Assembly (NCBI GenBank): GCA_963712275.1
Contig: CAVQHD010000001.1
Location: 800,001-864,000, forward strand
From: an uncultured Rhabdochlamydiaceae bacterium
GTDB taxonomy: Bacteria; Chlamydiota; Chlamydiia; Chlamydiales; Rhabdochlamydiaceae
DNA length: 64,000 nucleotides
Direction of reading: 5' to 3'
Numbering within the stretch: the first letter of the stretch is position 1; each line of letters starts with the position of its first letter. This document shows positions 19,919 through 29,281 of this stretch, one piece after another. The translations under genes and the position numbers were made by a program. Under the pieces are notes generated by a model that saw only the letters and a program-made list of their open reading frames with translations, was not told where the DNA came from and did no database searches.

Positions 19919-19974
19919 GACTTAAGATCCCCTCCGTTAATAGCGGGTGCAGGTTCGACTCCTGTTCCGAGCAA
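19919..19974 (+). repeat. att core copy 3 (3' half of tRNA-Leu)
   Basis: 55/56 identity to 9274-9329. Confidence 0.95.
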
Positions 19975-19998
19975 ATTCATAATCAATGAGTTATGGAG

Positions 19999-20030
19999 AA
20001 GGCTCCGAGAAATTCGGAGCCTTAGTTTTT
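19999..20030 (+). terminator. Intrinsic terminator, probably the displaced tRNA-Leu terminator
   Basis: AAGGCTCCGA-GAAAT-TCGGAGCCTT-AGTTTTT, 25 bp after att copy 3. Confidence 0.7.
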
Positions 20031-20123
20031 CCAAATGCTCCACCAGACAACTAAAAATGACTCAAAAGATATTCCATTTCGAGGTCTTTTTTCATTAAAT
20101 ATGGAGGATTGATTGCCGATATC

Positions 20124-20153
20124 GATCATTTTGTGGGCGCCCACAAAATGATC
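20124..20153. repeat. Perfect 30-bp palindrome related to a palindrome inside dinD
   Basis: GATCATTTTGTGGGCGCCCACAAAATGATC; the minus strand encodes DHFVGAHKMIDIGNQ vs NHFTGACKMVDIGSQ in dinD. Confidence 0.85.
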
Positions 20154-20166
20154 TGTGATGCCCCAT

Positions 20167-20585
20167 CTACTCAACACTATCAGAAGAGGTCAATCCCGTC
20201 GCATCTTTGGGATCAAACTCCAGAACAGGTTGAGAGATTTTAACTCTCTTCTTTACGTTTCTAATAGGTTCGGCAGGAGCAATGTTTTCAGGAAGAGTCC
20301 CACCTAGTTCCTCGATCGCTGAACGCACCTTTTTCCCCACGATTTCGTGAGTTTCCATAGCGTCTCTTGGGTTTTTGATGTTTTCTCGTTTAAGCTTTTC
20401 CCGGGTTTGAGACATGCGGAATTGATTGGCGATCAGTTCAGTCGTATCCATGCGATCCATCAGGTTCTCTTTGGGTAAGATGCCCTTGCGAGCTTTAATG
20501 GCGTCGACTCCAAGGCCACCATAGAGCCCCTTATACCCAGCATCATGGAAAAGGCCAAACATCTTATCTTGGACTCCAGCATTCT
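20167..20585 (-). pseudogene. dinD: dinD remnant (C-terminal half only)
   Basis: AGVQDKMFGLFHDAGYKGLYGGL...DRMDTTELIANQFR paralogous to 30445-31332; 5' half replaced by the HEAT-repeat gene. Confidence 0.85.
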
Positions 20586-22240
20586 GAAGGCTTAAGTTGT
20601 TCCTGTAAGGATATAAGAGAAATATCGTGCAACATTTGAATTATAGCAGTATAAGCCTTCGGCTGCTCTTGTGGACTCGTAACTTGGGTGAATTGAAGAG
20701 CTCTTCCTGATGTTTCAACAATAGCCTGAAGCTGGGTAATGGCAAAGTTTTTGTGATTTTCAATCAACCCCTGTAAAGCTCTTGCTGCTACTTTCTGGAC
20801 TTTACAATCTCGATCACTCAAAAAGTCTACAAAAACTGCAAAAAGAGGCTGAATTTGTCCGGGATTGATAGCTCCACTTATTCTATTAAGAGCACGTGCA
20901 ATAGCGTGACGAACGTCATAATCATAAAGAGTACGACCTTTTATTAAAATATTTAAAACATTGCCAGTAACTGCTGATCCAGCTACAAAACCAATCTCCC
21001 CTAAGGCCCAAGCAGCAGCAATTTGAACCTCATACATGTGATGTGCGTCAGACCAGGGAAGATTCTGCTGCTGGCTCAAGAGGATTCTTTCTAATTCTCG
21101 AATAATTTGGTTTTTTTGATTTGGATCTAAAAGAGATCCTAATTTTCCTAAGGCTTCTGCTGCATGCCTTGCCAGTTGATAATTTCTGTTAGTACAAAGG
21201 ATTTGCAAGGTCTGCATTAGGCTTGGAATCTCTTTCAGTGGGATAACATCCGAACGCCGATGGGCAACTTCTCCAAGCATCCAAACGATAGTATACGATC
21301 CTTCACCCGTAATAATAGAAGATATTAGTTGCTCTACACTTTCCCTTATTGGATTTAGTATTAAACCCTCAACAGCCGCCTCAGAGATAGAAGAGATCTT
21401 AGCATCAACATTAATATCACCGAAATCTAAAGCTTCCTCTATTAAAAAACGAATAAGTTCATCATCGGGGAAGCATTTAGACAAATTCGATAAGGCATTG
21501 CCTAATATCTCGAAACTGAGCAAGATGTGTCCAAGGGATAATTTACGCTGTCTATCCTTTTCGTTATTCCAAGCATTTTTAAGACTTTTGGCAATCAATT
21601 CTAAAGTGTTTCTACTTGTCTGGTTTTGGTTGTGTCGACCAATAGTTAAGATTATAGCCCCAACAGTCCTCAATAAATTATCACCACAGCGAATAGTCAT
21701 CTCGTTCCTAATCGAGTAGATTGGCATGGTTATACTGGTTTGTGAGATAATAACTTCTGTAAGATCTGGATTAACAATTTCTTCAAGATCTTGAAGGAGG
21801 ACAGGAATCAAAAAATGTATATCCGTTTCAAGGAGTGCTACAACAATCTCTAACGTATTTTGAGTCCCTAGTTCTTCATCGCCTAAGAAATTCATGGTGG
21901 TTGAGAGCATTGCTTTAATTTGACTTGGGGTCATTAATGGAATCAAAGTTTTGAAGCTTGTCATGCAAGAACGAAGGATTTCCAATGGACATTCATCATC
22001 TTGGATTATTTTTATAAATGCATCTCCAATCATTGGAGCCAATCGGGATTCAGTTCTGGCAATTTCTTCAAGAGTTACAATGGAACGAGTTCTTTCAGTA
22101 ATATCTCCCTTTTTTAGAAGTTCTAATAGCCGATCTAGATTTGGGGCTAGAGGCCTATTTATCCCTCCAGCATTGAGTGGCCCTCGAAAAACAGGAGGTT
22201 GTTGTGTATTTGAAAAATTCCCTGGCTGAACGTTGTTCAT
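20564..22240 (-). CDS. HEAT/armadillo-repeat protein (possible secreted effector)
   Basis: Repeated motifs ARHAAEALGKLG, VQIAAAWALGEIG, VRHAIARALNRI, VQKVAARAL; low-complexity N/Q/P N-terminus; GGAGG RBS. Confidence 0.75.
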   Translation of the reverse strand: MNNVQPGNFSNTQQPPVFRGPLNAGGINRPLAPNLDRLLELLKKGDITERTRSIVTLEEIARTESRLAPMIGDAFIKIIQDDECPLEILRSCMTSFKTLIPLMTPSQIKAMLSTTMNFLGDEELGTQNTLEIVVALLETDIHFLIPVLLQDLEEIVNPDLTEVIISQTSITMPIYSIRNEMTIRCGDNLLRTVGAIILTIGRHNQNQTSRNTLELIAKSLKNAWNNEKDRQRKLSLGHILLSFEILGNALSNLSKCFPDDELIRFLIEEALDFGDINVDAKISSISEAAVEGLILNPIRESVEQLISSIITGEGSYTIVWMLGEVAHRRSDVIPLKEIPSLMQTLQILCTNRNYQLARHAAEALGKLGSLLDPNQKNQIIRELERILLSQQQNLPWSDAHHMYEVQIAAAWALGEIGFVAGSAVTGNVLNILIKGRTLYDYDVRHAIARALNRISGAINPGQIQPLFAVFVDFLSDRDCKVQKVAARALQGLIENHKNFAITQLQAIVETSGRALQFTQVTSPQEQPKAYTAIIQMLHDISLISLQEQLKPSECWSPR

Positions 22241-22356
22241 GCTCTACCTCCAAATAAGTTCTAGATTTTTACGTTAACGAATCGCCTAGAGACTCAGGAG
22301 AATATATTATAAAAGATTTTATTCATAGGAGCTTCCGAAAAAAATGATGATATAGC

Positions 22357-22467
22357 GAGGCAATTGCAAAACTAGCGCAAAAGAGATGCTTTTTCGGGGG
22401 TTGGCTCGCAAAAATATATTTTATTCCCGAAAAATCACCTCTTTTGCGCTAGTTTTGCAATTGCCTC
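22357..22467. mobile_element. 111-bp MITE-like palindrome related to the ends of the IS at 36604-38178
   Basis: Perfect 29-bp terminal IR GAGGCAATTGCAAAACTAGCGCAAAAGAG (about 42 bp with 2 mismatches); first 18 bp 17/18 identical to the IS IR; no target duplication seen. Confidence 0.8.
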
Positions 22468-22988
22468 AAAATTGAGAAGTTTTTCCCAAATCCTCCCCAC
22501 TTCCTCACAACTCTTAGCAACACAAGAAACCAATAAGGGTTTTTTGAAAAAGAGCGTTCAAAAAAGCTTTTGCGCAAGCTACTTTTCTTAAAAATTATTG
22601 CTGAACTGGATAAATCCTAGCATCTTTATTGTGAACTACTTAAGCTCTTAATCCAACGATTAAATAGAACCAGGAATGTCAGAGATGGTTGATATTTTCT
22701 AACAACTCAGATAACTTATGGTTCATAAGTGGATCGGGAGTTCCCGATCGGCGTCTGGCCTCGGCGATTGCTGGGGTTTTTCGCTTTCTAGGGGGTAGCA
22801 TCTAAGTCCAATGCCATCATAGTTGGGGTATCTCAGCAGTTTTTCTTCGACAATATAAAGGCCTGATTCGGTTGATTTCTCTTAATCACATGTCTTGCAA
22901 ATTGGACGGCAGCCAGCTTATAGAAGTCTTCCCCAATTCCTCCTCACTTTCTGTCGCTGTCTTGGCATCTAACGGATAGAATTTTAGT

Positions 22989-23946
22989 TCACTTGAGAAC
23001 AAATTTCTTTTGAGGATCGAAGGCATGGGTGGATATTTCAGAAACAAGGCCCTCTTCGACCATTTTCTTCAGGCGAACCCTTGCTGCACGATCCGAGATT
23101 TTCCAAAAACTGGCAGCGTCTTTCGTGGTGATTTCTTTTCGTTTCCCAATTAAATCCATTAGGTCTTTTCTCCATCCGCGAACAATCAGTACGGCTTCCC
23201 TACGGTTGAATAGAGTGACACGGAAGAAATGGCCTAACTCTTCAAACTTCGGAATAGCTATTCCCGATTTTTGGCATTGAGAAATCATACGCTTCAGGCC
23301 AGATCCCCATAACTCGATCAATTCTAGTTCTCGAAAGCAACGACCAATGACTCTGTTTCTCAGTTGAGAGACTCCTTGAAGGGCGTCTTCCATATTGAGA
23401 CCAAAAGGTAGGGCTCCTGGATTGGTGATCTCGATTCGGTCATCGAAAATGGCGACCTGAGTTTGGCTCCCGGCAGCACTGTAGTCCGTGTGGATCAAAG
23501 CATTGGTAACGGCCTCTTTCACCACGACGGGTGGATATTCTGCGATGTTCTTTCGGATTGATGGGCCAATTTCGGCTCCTAACTTAGTATTGCGTTGCAC
23601 AAACGATATAATTTTATCCAAAGTGAGCGGGAGATAGTCGTCGATATCTTGATGATCCAAGACTTCATCTCTGGTTGTTCCTAAGAATCGAACGCAGCGA
23701 ATGGTCGCATGAGGAAAGATTTCCGTTCGGTTTTTGCCAAATAGCAGGATAGCCCCTTTGCTTGGGATCGATTTGGATTGTTTTTTCAGGTACAAATGAA
23801 GAGAAAAGGCTTTGGATTCTTCGAATTTCTTGCCCACTTTTTTAAAGCACGCCTTTATGGCATCGAGGTCGAGATCTTCGATTGAGCAGTCAGTGGTTGG
23901 CATCTCATCAAAGCACTCATTCTCTCCCAACCTTTTCAGCTCTGCT
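22989..23946 (-). pseudogene. 5'-truncated AlbA_2/HATPase_c_4 (RecG-C-like) regulator
   Basis: YPPVVVKEAVTNALIHTDYS, IFDDRIEITNPG, SQLRNRVI, IELWGSG, C-terminal wHTH; the usual N-terminal AlbA domain is missing. Confidence 0.8.
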
Positions 23947-24313
23947 AAAGACGTCCATCGAATATGCCTCTTCTTGGGGATTAGAGAACATTTGGGATCG
24001 AATCTTTATGCTCTCTAGTTCCTTGCGTGCCAAGCTTTCTTCCATTCCTCGTGTGATCATTCGAGATTTAGGTGAGAAAAAATGCGGCATTGTTACCTTT
24101 ACTATCGAAGGAATGGATGCAGAAACAATCTCGCAGAAACTACGTCAAAAAGGCATCAACACTTCAGTCTCTCTTGCCGAGTACGCTCGGATCGACTTGG
24201 AGGAAAGGGGATTGGCAAGCCTCGTGCGTTCTTCAATCCATTACTACAATACAGAAGAAGAAATCGAGCGATTTTGTGAGGAAGTTGCTAAAAATACAAT
24301 AGTTAAAATTTAG
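23945..24313 (+). pseudogene. C-terminal fragment of a class V aminotransferase (SufS/cysteine desulfurase-like)
   Basis: SIEYASSWGLENIWDRI..., CGIVTF, LVRSSIHYYNTEEEIERF; PLP-binding domain absent. Confidence 0.85.
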
Positions 24314-24388
24314 AGGGAGTTTTGCGAGCTCTCTCTTTATTGTTATTGAAAATTTCCTCCAGTGTACTGCCTTCGTGCAACCTGAATA

Positions 24389-25714
24389 TCACAACACACC
24401 TTTCAAACTAAAACGAGGAAATAGGCTTATCGCATAGAGAGGGTAATTAATAATGGCCGCTTCATGCGCAAAATTGCGCAAGGTGGCTCTGGATAAGATG
24501 GGGGGCGGATTTTCTTCTTGAGAAAATTTTTGTTGATAGACGAGTAAGCTTTTTTTTTGTTTTGAAATATCTGCTTTGACTTCTAAAGGGAAGATAAGCT
24601 GCTTGGTTGAAATAATAAAATCGACCTCTGCAATTCCTTCACTTGCCCAATAGTAGAGATGATCGAAATATTGGTCGTGCAATTCTACTGCAACATAATT
24701 TTCTGTGAGACATCCTTTAAATTCTTGGAATAACTGGTTTCCCTCTAAAAGTACTCGTGGGTCCAGTTTGCTCATCGCTCCAAGAAGACCCACGTCCAAC
24801 ATGTAAACTTTAAAAGCCCGCTTATCAGCGTAGGCATCTAATGGAAGTTTTGGTGTCGATAGGAGGCTTGCTTTAAGAAGCAACCCAGCATCTTTTAACC
24901 ATTGAATTGCAGTCTCATAATTTTTAGCTCTTGCGCTTTCTCGAACAGCTGAAAAAATAAATTTCTTATTTTCTTTGGCAAGCTGTCTTGGAATCGATTC
25001 CCAAACAGCCATGATTTTCATCACTTCGTCTTCTGGAGCGTGTTTAGCAAAATCCAATGTATACGCATCCAAAATTTCTTTCTGAACTATTCTAACATCC
25101 TGCAAGTTCTCATTTTTGAGATAAGTTGCTACCGCCTCTGGCATCCCTCCAATAATAAAATAGTACTTTAAGAGTTTGATGAGCTTTTCATGGAAAATTT
25201 CAGAAATTGCCTTCGGTTTTTCAAGCTCTTGGATCAATTTTCTTAAAGAACTCTCTCCAAGGGCGTCTAGAAATTCAAAAAAAGTGAGTGGTGCCAAATC
25301 TAGAAAGTTCACTTTTCCTACGGGGAATCCCTGACCTAGTTTAACCCCTAATAATGAACCTGCAGTAGCGACATGATATTCATTCTTTTTTTCACAAAAG
25401 TATTTTAGGCTGTTTAGAGCTTCAGGACACTCTTGGATCTCATCGAAGATAATTAAGGTTTTCTCTGGTAAAATCGGCCGCTTAAAGTAAATCCCTAGCT
25501 CCTTAATGATTCTCTCAGGATTTAGATTTTCAGTGAAAAAACTGGCAAAATGGGGCTCTTCATCAAAGTTCAGATAGATGTGATCGTCGTATTCTTTGGC
25601 AAAACTGGTTAAAAGATATGTTTTGCCCACCTGCCGGGCGCCTTTTAAAATCAATGGCTTGCGCAAATCCGATGCTTTCCACTTCAGCAACTTTTTATAA
25701 AAATCTCTTTCCAT
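24389..25714 (-). CDS. AAA_14 ATPase with DUF4143 domain
   Basis: GARQVGKT Walker A, LIIFDEIQ Walker B, GSLLG, GGMPE, KVYMLDVGLL, EVDF, PLEVKA. Confidence 0.9.
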   Translation of the reverse strand: MERDFYKKLLKWKASDLRKPLILKGARQVGKTYLLTSFAKEYDDHIYLNFDEEPHFASFFTENLNPERIIKELGIYFKRPILPEKTLIIFDEIQECPEALNSLKYFCEKKNEYHVATAGSLLGVKLGQGFPVGKVNFLDLAPLTFFEFLDALGESSLRKLIQELEKPKAISEIFHEKLIKLLKYYFIIGGMPEAVATYLKNENLQDVRIVQKEILDAYTLDFAKHAPEDEVMKIMAVWESIPRQLAKENKKFIFSAVRESARAKNYETAIQWLKDAGLLLKASLLSTPKLPLDAYADKRAFKVYMLDVGLLGAMSKLDPRVLLEGNQLFQEFKGCLTENYVAVELHDQYFDHLYYWASEGIAEVDFIISTKQLIFPLEVKADISKQKKSLLVYQQKFSQEENPPPILSRATLRNFAHEAAIINYPLYAISLFPRFSLKGVL

Positions 25715-25851
25715 AACCTTAGTTTAGCACGCTCTGTAGAAAAAGTCATTTATAAAAGTGTAATTTTTTGCAAAAAGCGAATGTCTTTTTGGGATATTGG
25801 ACAAAATAGGCAACTAAACGATCATGAATACATATGGTTTGTTGGCTGAAT

Positions 25852-27498
25852 TCACTCAGAAATGCGAGCTCCCTCTATATACTGAGGAACCTGTTTTAGC
25901 TCCCCTAAGTCGTAAGAGATGTCTTTTTGAATGGATTCTTTTGCATCTATAACAGAAAGAGTTACGGCCGTTCCATCTCTGTTAAATTCAAGTATCTTTG
26001 AGCCATTTAAAAGCCCTGCCTGAAAGGGAATATTTCCATGTTGGATCCCTTCTATAATTCCTGTAGCAAGAGACTTCCGAAGATTGAATCCAATATAGTC
26101 TTCCCATTTTAAAGAGTAGTCAGAACCAAGCGCATCATGAAAAACTGGAATACTCTTTCCGCCGTTTATAAAGTTTTTAATAGCATAGAGTTCTTCTTGC
26201 CCAATATAGCTTGTGAGGAGATTGGATAAGTCATCAAGAGAGAAAGGCTTGCCTGTTCGATTTGTTAATTCTAATAGGTCATACATGAAATTGTCCAAGC
26301 TGAGCCCTTCTGATTCCGACTGGATTTTCGTATCAAGGTAAAAAGCCAATGCGAACCCTCTATCATAAGGTAGTTGTGCTATGCTTGGGTCAGTCCAAAA
26401 ATCCTTTACAATGGTATCATTAGACGCGTTATGAACAGGAGATGAAAAATAATTTGTCAGAATCTTATTAATATGATCGACATAATCATTTTGCGAAATA
26501 ATTCCATTTTTATGATTTAGCTTAACTGCGTAGTATTCTGTAAATCCTTCCGAAAACCAATACATGGAACCTTCTGGTTCTGAGGAGCTTATCTTATGAC
26601 CAATCCATGTGTGAAAATGTTCATGACTTATCAACCATGCTAAGTGTTTTAAGTATTCATCTTTGGAAAACCTTGTGTCTCCTAAAAACAATGAAAAAGT
26701 ATTTGTTAGGGCAGTTCCTCCGGTAGAATTCTTGGTGTCAATAGGAATGACAGAGACCAAGTAGTAAGGAAACTCGTAGTCATTCCAAAAGTCTCTTTGA
26801 GAGGTAAATATTTGTTCAATTAAAGTTGCAAATTCATCTGTAGAAAAGGGCCATTCTCCTCGAATAGCAATATACACAGGGTTTGTGCCGCGATTGCACT
26901 CTAGAATCTGAAAATCTCCTGCTAAAAAAGCTGCTTGCCGTAAATCATAAGGAGAATATGATATTTCTTGTGTAACTTGTTCTGTCCCAAAGCTATTTGC
27001 TATTTTCCAATCTTGAGGAACATCCTTCCATTTTAGGGTAATAGCCGTTTTTGAATCCTGTTCGGACGGGATGACAAACATTCCATGTCCAATTGCATAA
27101 AAATACGAATGATTACCTATGGGTCGAAAATAAGTTTCATGGCAAATATTCTCAGAGAGAAGTTGGATGCTATAACGAATAGTAATTAAGTCGTCTGGAT
27201 TGTGATGAATGGTTTTGATGTGGGATTGATTTGTATTCTTAATCGGGTGTTCAGCACAACTTAATTCGTCAATGTTTTTGTGTAATTCTAATTGATTTGC
27301 CCATTCATGAGGCAATACCAGTTCAGTTATGCCAGTTTTGTTGCCTTGAAATTCGCACTCGACTAGCAATTTATTATTTGAAATCTCTTTGAAGGAAAAA
27401 GAGTAGCTAATGTGCTTTGAAGAGTCCCCTGAGAAGCCTTGGAGTGGAAGAATCGCCATTAGCAATAAAATAATTAGAGGGGATATCATTCTTGGCAT
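25852..27498 (-). CDS. Secreted M61-family (glycyl aminopeptidase-like) zinc metallopeptidase
   Basis: Signal peptide; ISHEHFHTWIG (HEXXH), YWFSEGFTEYY, PYDRG. Confidence 0.85.
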   Translation of the reverse strand: MPRMISPLIILLLMAILPLQGFSGDSSKHISYSFSFKEISNNKLLVECEFQGNKTGITELVLPHEWANQLELHKNIDELSCAEHPIKNTNQSHIKTIHHNPDDLITIRYSIQLLSENICHETYFRPIGNHSYFYAIGHGMFVIPSEQDSKTAITLKWKDVPQDWKIANSFGTEQVTQEISYSPYDLRQAAFLAGDFQILECNRGTNPVYIAIRGEWPFSTDEFATLIEQIFTSQRDFWNDYEFPYYLVSVIPIDTKNSTGGTALTNTFSLFLGDTRFSKDEYLKHLAWLISHEHFHTWIGHKISSSEPEGSMYWFSEGFTEYYAVKLNHKNGIISQNDYVDHINKILTNYFSSPVHNASNDTIVKDFWTDPSIAQLPYDRGFALAFYLDTKIQSESEGLSLDNFMYDLLELTNRTGKPFSLDDLSNLLTSYIGQEELYAIKNFINGGKSIPVFHDALGSDYSLKWEDYIGFNLRKSLATGIIEGIQHGNIPFQAGLLNGSKILEFNRDGTAVTLSVIDAKESIQKDISYDLGELKQVPQYIEGARISE

Positions 27499-27578
27499 AG
27501 AGCCACCCTTATTCGGTTTCGATTGGCATATCCTATCAGATGGGGATATTGGACAACAGAGACAACCAATTTGAGATT

Positions 27579-28361
27579 TTAATTTAGTAATTTTGCCAAT
27601 GTTCCTTGATAATCAAGCAGAGGGTTGGTTTTGCACAATTGAGAGATTTTTTCTTGAGCCGTAGGATCTTCTCCTGCGATGAAATCTAAACATTTCCATG
27701 CGGCAAGCCTCAGAACAAATTGTTTCTGCTTTTCTTTTGGCCAGCTATGCAGCACGTCTAGAAATTCACTCTCATCTGGTAATTCAGATTGTCCTGTCAA
27801 CTCTTTAAGCAATTTAGAGAGGGCTTGTCTGTTATTCCATTCATAAGTAAAAAAGAGAAGTTCGGGATCAGAATTCAAAAAAGCCATAGGCTGGCTAAGG
27901 AAAAGCTTATCACCTGTAGCGAGAAATGAAATAATCATTAAATCAAAATCATGGCCCGTTTTGAATTCTAGATGATCAAGTCTAGAAAGAGGCATAATTG
28001 GGTAGATTTCGTTTCCTTGCACTCTTGGATCTTGAACTCCCATAATTGAAAAAGCCTGTAAAAAGACAGTTTGTTCTTGGGAGGAGAGATGAGCAAAATC
28101 TCGGGCAAAGGACTCGATATAGTCAGGATGGATCTTGATGATTTGTGCAATGAAAGTAGTCGCTAAGGATAAACCAAATGGCCTGTCTTCTTCTGAGGCT
28201 TGGTCAATCTTCTGTGCTTGAAGCCATTGATGAGCTGCTTCAGGGCTTGGACTTTGGTAAAAAGGATCGGCATTCAAATAAATTGCATAAACGCAAAAGA
28301 GAAGAAAATATTTTTTCATAAGGTTTTTCGAGACAAAATATAGAGTAGATAAGCAAAGCAT
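27579..28361 (-). CDS. Hypothetical secreted protein
   Basis: MKKYFLLFCVYAIYLNA signal-like segment (start probably the internal Met). Confidence 0.6.
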   Translation of the reverse strand: MLCLSTLYFVSKNLMKKYFLLFCVYAIYLNADPFYQSPSPEAAHQWLQAQKIDQASEEDRPFGLSLATTFIAQIIKIHPDYIESFARDFAHLSSQEQTVFLQAFSIMGVQDPRVQGNEIYPIMPLSRLDHLEFKTGHDFDLMIISFLATGDKLFLSQPMAFLNSDPELLFFTYEWNNRQALSKLLKELTGQSELPDESEFLDVLHSWPKEKQKQFVLRLAAWKCLDFIAGEDPTAQEKISQLCKTNPLLDYQGTLAKLLN

Positions 28362-28379
28362 TCAGATCAATGATTTTCT

Positions 28380-29204
28380 TTACGGCGCTTGCTCTTGGTA
28401 TAAGTTTTCTAGATATATCCAACGGGCAATCGAATCCAGCGTAATAGCGGCCATTGCTGGGTGGTTTGTTGGGTCAACCCCTTTTCCTACAACGTCAAAT
28501 TGAAAAGATATGGGCAGACATCTCTTTATGATCGCAAATTGATAGCCGCAAAAAGGTTGGTTAGAGACGAATAAAGCGGTGCATGGTTGCGGATTCGTTT
28601 TTAACCAGGCTATAATGGTATCGTCTGTATTGGGGCGCTTTAAAGATGAACCTTCGACTTTCATGGGTACGGCAACGAAGACTACAGGAAGGTTGCGCAT
28701 CCCGTCAGGGAGAGAAGTCTCCTCCCAGAGGATATGAGCTGCTTCAGATTCATTGTTGCATCGGTCTGTTAGGCTATCGACCCGCTTATCAAGAGGCCTG
28801 TCTCCCGTAAGCCAGACAATTTCGTTAAAACGTATCCCCTGAATCCAAAGTTCCTTAAGGTAATCAAGGCGCATTTGCATACGAGAGGTTGTGGCGCCCA
28901 GGATGAGGGCTGTATCATATTTTTCACAAGCAGGTTTCCAGGAAGCAAACAGGCCTTGTTTTTCTGCCCAATCCAATACAAAAAGTTTTTGCTCAGGAGG
29001 AAGCTCAGTAAGTTCCCAACGCTCTTGGCCAGGTTTACGCAACCACTGCTTTTGTGTTTCAGCTATGATGTCAGCATCTTTAGGAATGTTCAAAGCTAAA
29101 CTAAGATCAGAGAGTGCGGTAGGATCGATTTTATGATCTTGAATCGGCGAAGCAGAGCTTAAATTACAGAGACAAATGGCAAGTAATAAGAACCATCGTT
29201 TCAT
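28380..29204 (-). CDS. Hypothetical secreted protein, possibly YdcF/DUF218-like fold (start MKRWFLL)
   Basis: Signal peptide; YDTALILGA, LTGDRPL, RPNT.DT, LFVSNQPF; GGAG RBS before ATG 29204. Confidence 0.6.
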   Translation of the reverse strand: MKRWFLLLAICLCNLSSASPIQDHKIDPTALSDLSLALNIPKDADIIAETQKQWLRKPGQERWELTELPPEQKLFVLDWAEKQGLFASWKPACEKYDTALILGATTSRMQMRLDYLKELWIQGIRFNEIVWLTGDRPLDKRVDSLTDRCNNESEAAHILWEETSLPDGMRNLPVVFVAVPMKVEGSSLKRPNTDDTIIAWLKTNPQPCTALFVSNQPFCGYQFAIIKRCLPISFQFDVVGKGVDPTNHPAMAAITLDSIARWIYLENLYQEQAP

Positions 29205-29281
29205 GGGGATACTCCAAAAAAATAGACTATCAAAAAGATAAATTTTAGAGAAATCCCAGAAATTAAAATAAAAACTTGTTT

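Larger units (their letters stand above)
17400..19974. mobile_element. Second, decayed integrative element (no integrase) in tandem at tRNA-Leu
   Basis: Bounded by att copies 2 and 3; contains an IS fragment, orphans and a TA pair. Confidence 0.75.

Noticed and set aside
17400..19974. Additional tRNA-Leu genes at 17400 and 19919
   Set aside because: Only the 3' half is present, without acceptor 5' strand or D-arm; these are att sites.
19861..20098. Short ORFs across att copy 3
   Set aside because: They translate tRNA-derived and terminator sequence.
22700..22980. Small palindromes (22714-22730, 22732-22749) and broken minus-strand frames
   Set aside because: Short stems and no recognisable protein motif; cannot be supported beyond possible gene debris.
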